A stretch of 64,000 bases of DNA from the human T2T-CHM13v2.0 reference genome, Homo sapiens, in assembly GCF_009914755.1 (NCBI RefSeq), contig NC_060944.1; one strand, 5' to 3'. The stretch's first letter is position 1. Each line of letters begins with the position of its first letter. The position numbers and the translations under genes are program-made. The notes beneath the pieces are model-generated. The model searched no databases and was not told the origin of the DNA. It was given only the letters and a program-made list of their open reading frames with translations. Of the stretch, positions 55,216 to 64,000 are shown one piece after another.

Positions 55216-55247
<32 letters not shown>
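55216..55247 (+). repeat. (GT)16 microsatellite in the FAM83C 3'UTR
   Basis: Perfect dinucleotide run. Confidence 0.92.
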
Positions 55248-55249
<2 letters not shown>

Positions 55250-55395
55250 ACAAGAATCTTGAGCCCAGAGAGTGTGTCTGACCTGGGTTTCTAGACACCT
55301 CCCTTCCCCAGTCTGGGACCTGAGCAAGTCCAGAGTCTCGGTGGACAGAGGAGGGGCCTGCCCTTGCCAGTGCACCCCCGATGCCAGTCCTTTGG

Positions 55396-56856
<1,461 letters not shown>

Positions 56857-57320
56857 TCAGGAGGCAAAGTGCAGGATCCTGGGGGTCGGCAGGAGTCACA
56901 GCCAGGGGTGCATACCTGGTCCAGCACGCTAGACCCAAACCCCACCACCACGAGGGCTCACAGCGAGGGGCAGAGCTCCAACTCCAGAGTCTGTGCTTGC
57001 CCTAGCCCTGCTTAGTGTGTGACCTCATGGAGGCCCCAACTTCCCCATCTGTCAAATGGACTTGGGGGAGGTTCCCTGAAGTCACTCCAGTTCCAATGGG
57101 CATAGTCATTTTCTATACCAAGGGTATTAAAGTAATCATTCCCCTAGAGTGAGCTCCTCCAGGGCCGATGCCCCCGACACCCTCCCCTGAGCCTGGCATG
57201 ATGCCTGGCACATGGCAGGTACTCAGCCCGTGTCCGAAGGAAAGGATGAGTGGAGGGAAGCTCAGAGCTGCCAGCCAGTGATGCAGCCCCAGGCCCCCCT
57301 TGCCTCCTCGTGCCTGCTCA

Positions 57321-57446
<126 letters not shown>

Positions 57447-57630
57447 CTAGGTGGAAGTAGGTTGGGGGTGACCTTGAGAGAGTGAGGCTCAAGCCATGTC
57501 TCTGCCCCATGGGGTCTCTAACCCCAGACAGCTAAGGGAACCCACCCCCCACTCCCAGTGCCCCCCAGTGCTGACTGGCCACCCACTGGCTCCCCTGCCC
57601 TCCCTGACTCCCCGCCCACACCCCTGGTTA

Positions 57631-58626
<996 letters not shown>

Positions 58627-60607
58627 CAGATTTGACTGTCTTGAACCCCTAGCTGTTTGAAAGCATTTGTGTGCATCCTTCTGTGCACCGAGTGTTTATC
58701 CATCATCAGATTCTCAAAGATGACTGTGGATCAGCTGTGCTAGTCCAACACTCCCTCTGCACTGAGCCCCAGATGGGACAGCAGTGAGAAGGAGAACCCA
58801 GACCCCAATTCCCAGGCAAGTTCCTGGCACTCCCCCGACTAACTCCAGCCCAGCTCTGACCCAGGGACTGTCTGTCTGAGGCTCCCTTCTCCAGGGTCAC
58901 AGCTACAAGCCACTTACTGGGGTCTTCGCTGCCCTTTCCCAGTCCTGCCTCAGTTTCCCTGTGAAGCCACAGAGGTCTGGTGTGACCCCTTACACTGCAG
59001 ACTCCCTTACTTGCACCCATGCCAAATGGATCCAAGTTTTCTGCTCAGTTGAGGGCTGGGCTGGGGCTTGTGCCTCCATCCCATATAAAGGGCTGCCTCA
59101 AAGAGGCCCCTGAAACCTTCTTGGCACCTCCCAGCCCCCAGCTGGCCTTTCTTCCCATGGCATATATCTGCTATGAGAGTCTTCTCTCCCAGGCAGGGCC
59201 GAGAGGCAGGAGGTACAGAGCATAGCACTCCAGCTCTGGAGTCAGAAAGAACTGGGTTCAAACCTGGACTCTATCACTTCCTGGTGACACAGCTTTGGGT
59301 GAGTCCCTTCACCTCTGGAAGCCTCACCTTCCTCATCTGTTAAATGGAGATAATGATAGCCATGTCTCAGAGTTACAGGGAATTAAATGTGAAAATGCTC
59401 AAGACATAACAGAGCTCTATAAACATTGGGCTGCAGGGCAACGCAGCATTTCCCAAGGTCACTAGGAGTCATGACAGCCCAGTGCACGAACCTGGCTCCT
59501 GACCCAGGATAGAGGGGTCTAAATGGGGGCTGAGAAGGCGAGGCACTGGGGGATGCCCTAGTTCACAGCACAGGCCTGGCCAGGGTGGGGGAACAAGGAC
59601 AGGCAGGAAGATCAAAGAGGCAGGGGTGAGGAGGACGACAGCAGCAGCCTCACTAATAACCCCATTCCTGATGCCAATCAGGCCTGGCCGTCCCCTGCCT
59701 GGGGCACAGGAAGGCTTGCCAGGGAGGCTCTGGAAGTACCGGTGGGATCCCAGCATCCTGGCTTCCCATCTCTGCAGCAGGAGCCTAACTCTCCCTCAAA
59801 CCCTGCCAGGGATCATCTCGTCCATTCCCCTGGAGTCGGAGGCCAGGGCTTCAGAAGGGAAGCTGTGCTCGTGTGTGGCCAGAGCCTTTCTGGGTGCTGA
59901 CCACCCCTACCTGCCCTCCCAATTCTCTTTCTCCTGAGCTCCCGCTCCCCATCACTGAGCCCAGCAGCCTCCTCTCCTCCTTCCTCCTTGGTTCCAAAGC
60001 CCAGCCCTCAAGGCCACGCCAAAGAGGCCCACACGCTGGCCCCTTCCCCTGCTTCAGGCCCAGCTGCAGATGTGGTGCAGGAGGGTAGGGGGCAACTAGG
60101 GACCTGAGCCAGCAAGGAGGGCCGGACTGGTCCCCAGGACCCAAGTCAGAGAGCCCCTGTCTCCCCAAGCCCTGAGCTCTATGTCACCATATGGACCTCC
60201 CTGGGCAAGTCCCAAGCCCCTCTCTGGCCTCAGTTTCTTCTTCTATAAGTGAAGGAGGTGACTCAGATGTTCCCCAAGGTTGGAGTTCTTAGTGTGGGGA
60301 TCATAAAACTTTTTGAGAATCTGATTTAAGGCAGTGGAGCATCTTCCAAGGTAAAGATGCAGCGAGGACTCCTCCCTCCAACCTGCACCACTTCGTGTGC
60401 ATTTCAGGGGATTGTGGAGTCCCTGACACCCATGCCCTGTTCTATGCTCATCCATACTATTCCTGGGTACCAAGCAGTTGCCAAGGTAAATATGGGATGT
60501 CCCCCTTCTAGGAGTTTGCAATCTAATAGTGCCAGAGGTGCTGGTCCTCATTCTGCCCCTAAGTCGCTGTGTGGCCTTGGGCTGGTCCCTTCCCTCTCTG
60601 GACCTCA

Positions 60608-61183
<576 letters not shown>

Positions 61184-62134
61184 TCACCCGCCGGCAGGGC
61201 CCATGGCCCGCACGCTGGGCTGGCTGCAGCAGGAAGAGGAGACCAGCAGAACCGCCTTCTGCCCGCCCGCTCGCTGTGTGTGTGGCAGGGCCCCCAAACT
61301 GTTGCCACCCTAAATCAGAGCCACGCTCCACCCTATTGCCCCTGGCCTCTGGAACCTGTCAGGTCAGCCCCACCTGTCTGCCTGTGTTGGGACTCGCCTG
61401 CCCAGGGAAGCGGCAGTGCCAGGCCCTCGGTGCACACTCCTGCCTCCCTCTCTTCCTCCCAGCAACGCCGCCCCATCCCCACCAGGCTCCCAGCAAGTCT
61501 CCAAATGCTGACTTCCCGGGACCCACAGAGGTTGAATTACAGCCAAGAGGGGCCCAGGCGACTCAGGAACACACACTCACACGCACACGCACACACACTG
61601 CAGGTGGGTGAGCGACTCAAGACACCCAGGAAAAGACATGAACACCCATGCAGATGGACACACTGACAACTGACCGATACACAGACATGGAGTGTGGGCT
61701 GACACAGACCGACCACACATTGTAATCACATCCACTTGCATAAACTCTTCACCCAAACGCCGATGTAGAGACCGGCCATGACCCCCACAACACATACCAC
61801 AGTGGATAGCACGTGCCCTGGCTCAAGTCTGCAAGGCCCTGAGAGCTGAACGACTGTCACATGGAATATCCAAGGACATCAACGCTGGTCTGTCCCCCAG
61901 CCAGCCCTCTTTTTGCTCCCATAATCGTCCTGCCACTCTCCATCATCTTAACTGTGGTGCTCACAGCCCCCTGGCTCTCTCCCACCCCGGCTCGGAGCTG
62001 TCCTTCAAGAACCTAGAGCAGTGGCTCTCACCCTGACCCCAGGGGTGGTGAGAGGTGATGAAATGCAGATCCCCGGGCCCCACCCTCCTGGAAATTCTCA
62101 TCCAGAAGGTGTCCGTAGGCTTCTGGAGCTTGTC

Positions 62135-62530
62135 TTTTTTCTTTTTCTTTTTGAGATAGGGTCTTGCTCTGTCACCCAGTCTGGAGGGCAGTGGCGCAAT
62201 CACAGCTCACTACAGCTGTGCCTCAGTTTCTCTGGACTCGAGCGATCTTCCCACCTCAGCCTCCTGAGTAGCTGGGATTACAGGTGCATGTTACCATGCT
62301 CGGCTACTTTTAAAATTTTTTTAGAGATGGGATCTCACTATGTTGCCCAGGCTGATCTTGAACTCCTGGCCTCAAGCAATCCTCCTGTCTCAGCCTCCCA
62401 AAGTGCTGGGATTACAGGTGTGAGCCGCCACACCTGGCCATTTTTCTTTTTTAATTGAGACATGATCTTGCTCTGTCACCCAGGCTAGAGAGAGCAGTGA
62501 TGTGATCATAGCTTACTGTAACCTCAAATT
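62135..62530 (-). mobile_element. Alu (J-type) plus Alu fragment
   Basis: Alu consensus on - strand. Confidence 0.82.
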
Positions 62531-63601
62531 CCTGAGTTTTTAAACAAGTGCCCAGTGCACTGTGGGCAGTGGGCTAAGGCCCACCCCTGAGACATGCTGT
62601 TCCAGATGGCTGTGCTTGCAACACCCTTAACTCCAGGGATGTTCTTGGCCTGGTGGTGGCCAGACCCCAGCCTTCTTCCCCTCCTCCAGGGCTGAGTATG
62701 AAAATGGTTGGAAGGTTGTTTCAGAGAATGGGCGGACACACTGCAAGGTCAGGAGGCAAACAGGGCAGGTAGATTTCTGACCTCTGCCCCAACAAAGATT
62801 AAAGTCCTGGAGCATGTACCGTGTGTCCTTCGGAGGATGGTGAGCAGCTTTGCTCTGGGGAAGGGGGTGAGCAGGTGACAGCTGCAGCTGGGGAGCCAGG
62901 CTAGGCAGAAGCGGTCACCACCTTTCCACGGAGGCATGAGGTCCAGCGAGGATGGCGGGAAGCGCAGAAGACCTAAAGCCGTGCCTCGCAGCCTGTTTAG
63001 CACTAAGCGCACTTGGTTTATCTGGTCTGCGATCATGTCCGGAACACAGGGTCTTCTGTGTCCAAAGAACTTGACACACATATAGTGGGAGGGAGCTGGG
63101 TGGGATTTAGAGGTTCCGGAGTTGAGCTGAGCCCTAGGACCAAAGGTGAATGGGGCTAGGGCTGTGTCTTCAAGGACCCTATAAGTGAAGGGCCTGGGGG
63201 AGCATGGGGGAGCCACAGGTCAGGAGTTATGGCCTACTCCATCCCATCCCAGGTGCAGGAGCACCGGGCACTCCAAGGAGGCCCTTCCATGGGGGTGAGG
63301 AGGCTGCAAGAGGGGCAGAAGGTTGAGTAAACAAAGCCAGACCGTGGGAGGGTGATGAGCTGTGGGGGCAGCCGAGGTGGCAGGGCCATCATTAGGGCCT
63401 TATCTCCAGATTTGTTTGAAGGGGAGGACCAACCAGGGTCTTATCTGGGTGGTAGAAGTGCTCCCGGGAGGGAGGGAGGCATGTTTGCGTGTCACTGAGT
63501 TAGTTTTGTTTATCTTGCAGTGTGTATACATCTACTTCAGGTACATATCTTTGGCTCTGTATCTTTTAATTGTGGTAAAATACGCATAAAATTTGCCTTT
63601 A

Positions 63602-63999
<398 letters not shown>

Positions 64000-64000
64000 A

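Overview
Human, Alu-dense, GC-rich genomic DNA, recognised from the encoded proteins as the MMP24 / MMP24OS / EIF6 / FAM83C locus (20q11.22). The + strand carries MMP24 (MT5-MMP) exons 2-9; exon 1 lies upstream of the window. Splice phases join into 563 codons plus stop, with cysteine switch, furin site, HExxHxxGxxH, hemopexin repeats, TM helix and an EWV tail. The - strand carries the 71-aa microprotein gene MMP24OS, the complete EIF6 gene (245 aa) and the complete FAM83C gene (747 aa). A full-length 968-bp HERV-K(HML-2) LTR5_Hs-type solo LTR with a 6-bp TSD lies antisense in MMP24 intron 4. There is also a G-rich 38-bp VNTR in intron 3, about 45 Alus, and older MaLR/L1/L2/MIR/MER relics. Nearly all other ORF-track entries are Alu-derived or shadow frames. 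The most interesting observations are: (i) a myristoylation-type MGAQLS microprotein on an antisense unit overlapping the MMP24 3'UTR, with candidate spliced antisense exons inside MMP24; (ii) an OCT4-motif LTR next to a skippable in-frame zinc-site exon; (iii) a perfect-Kozak in-frame upstream ATG of FAM83C cut off by one TGA; (iv) six basic-x-S/T...LDL repeats in the FAM83C tail; (v) back-to-back convergent poly(A) signals. Repeat subfamily names and boundaries were assigned by eye and are approximate. I found no evidence for a wholly new gene system beyond these regulatory and microprotein hypotheses.
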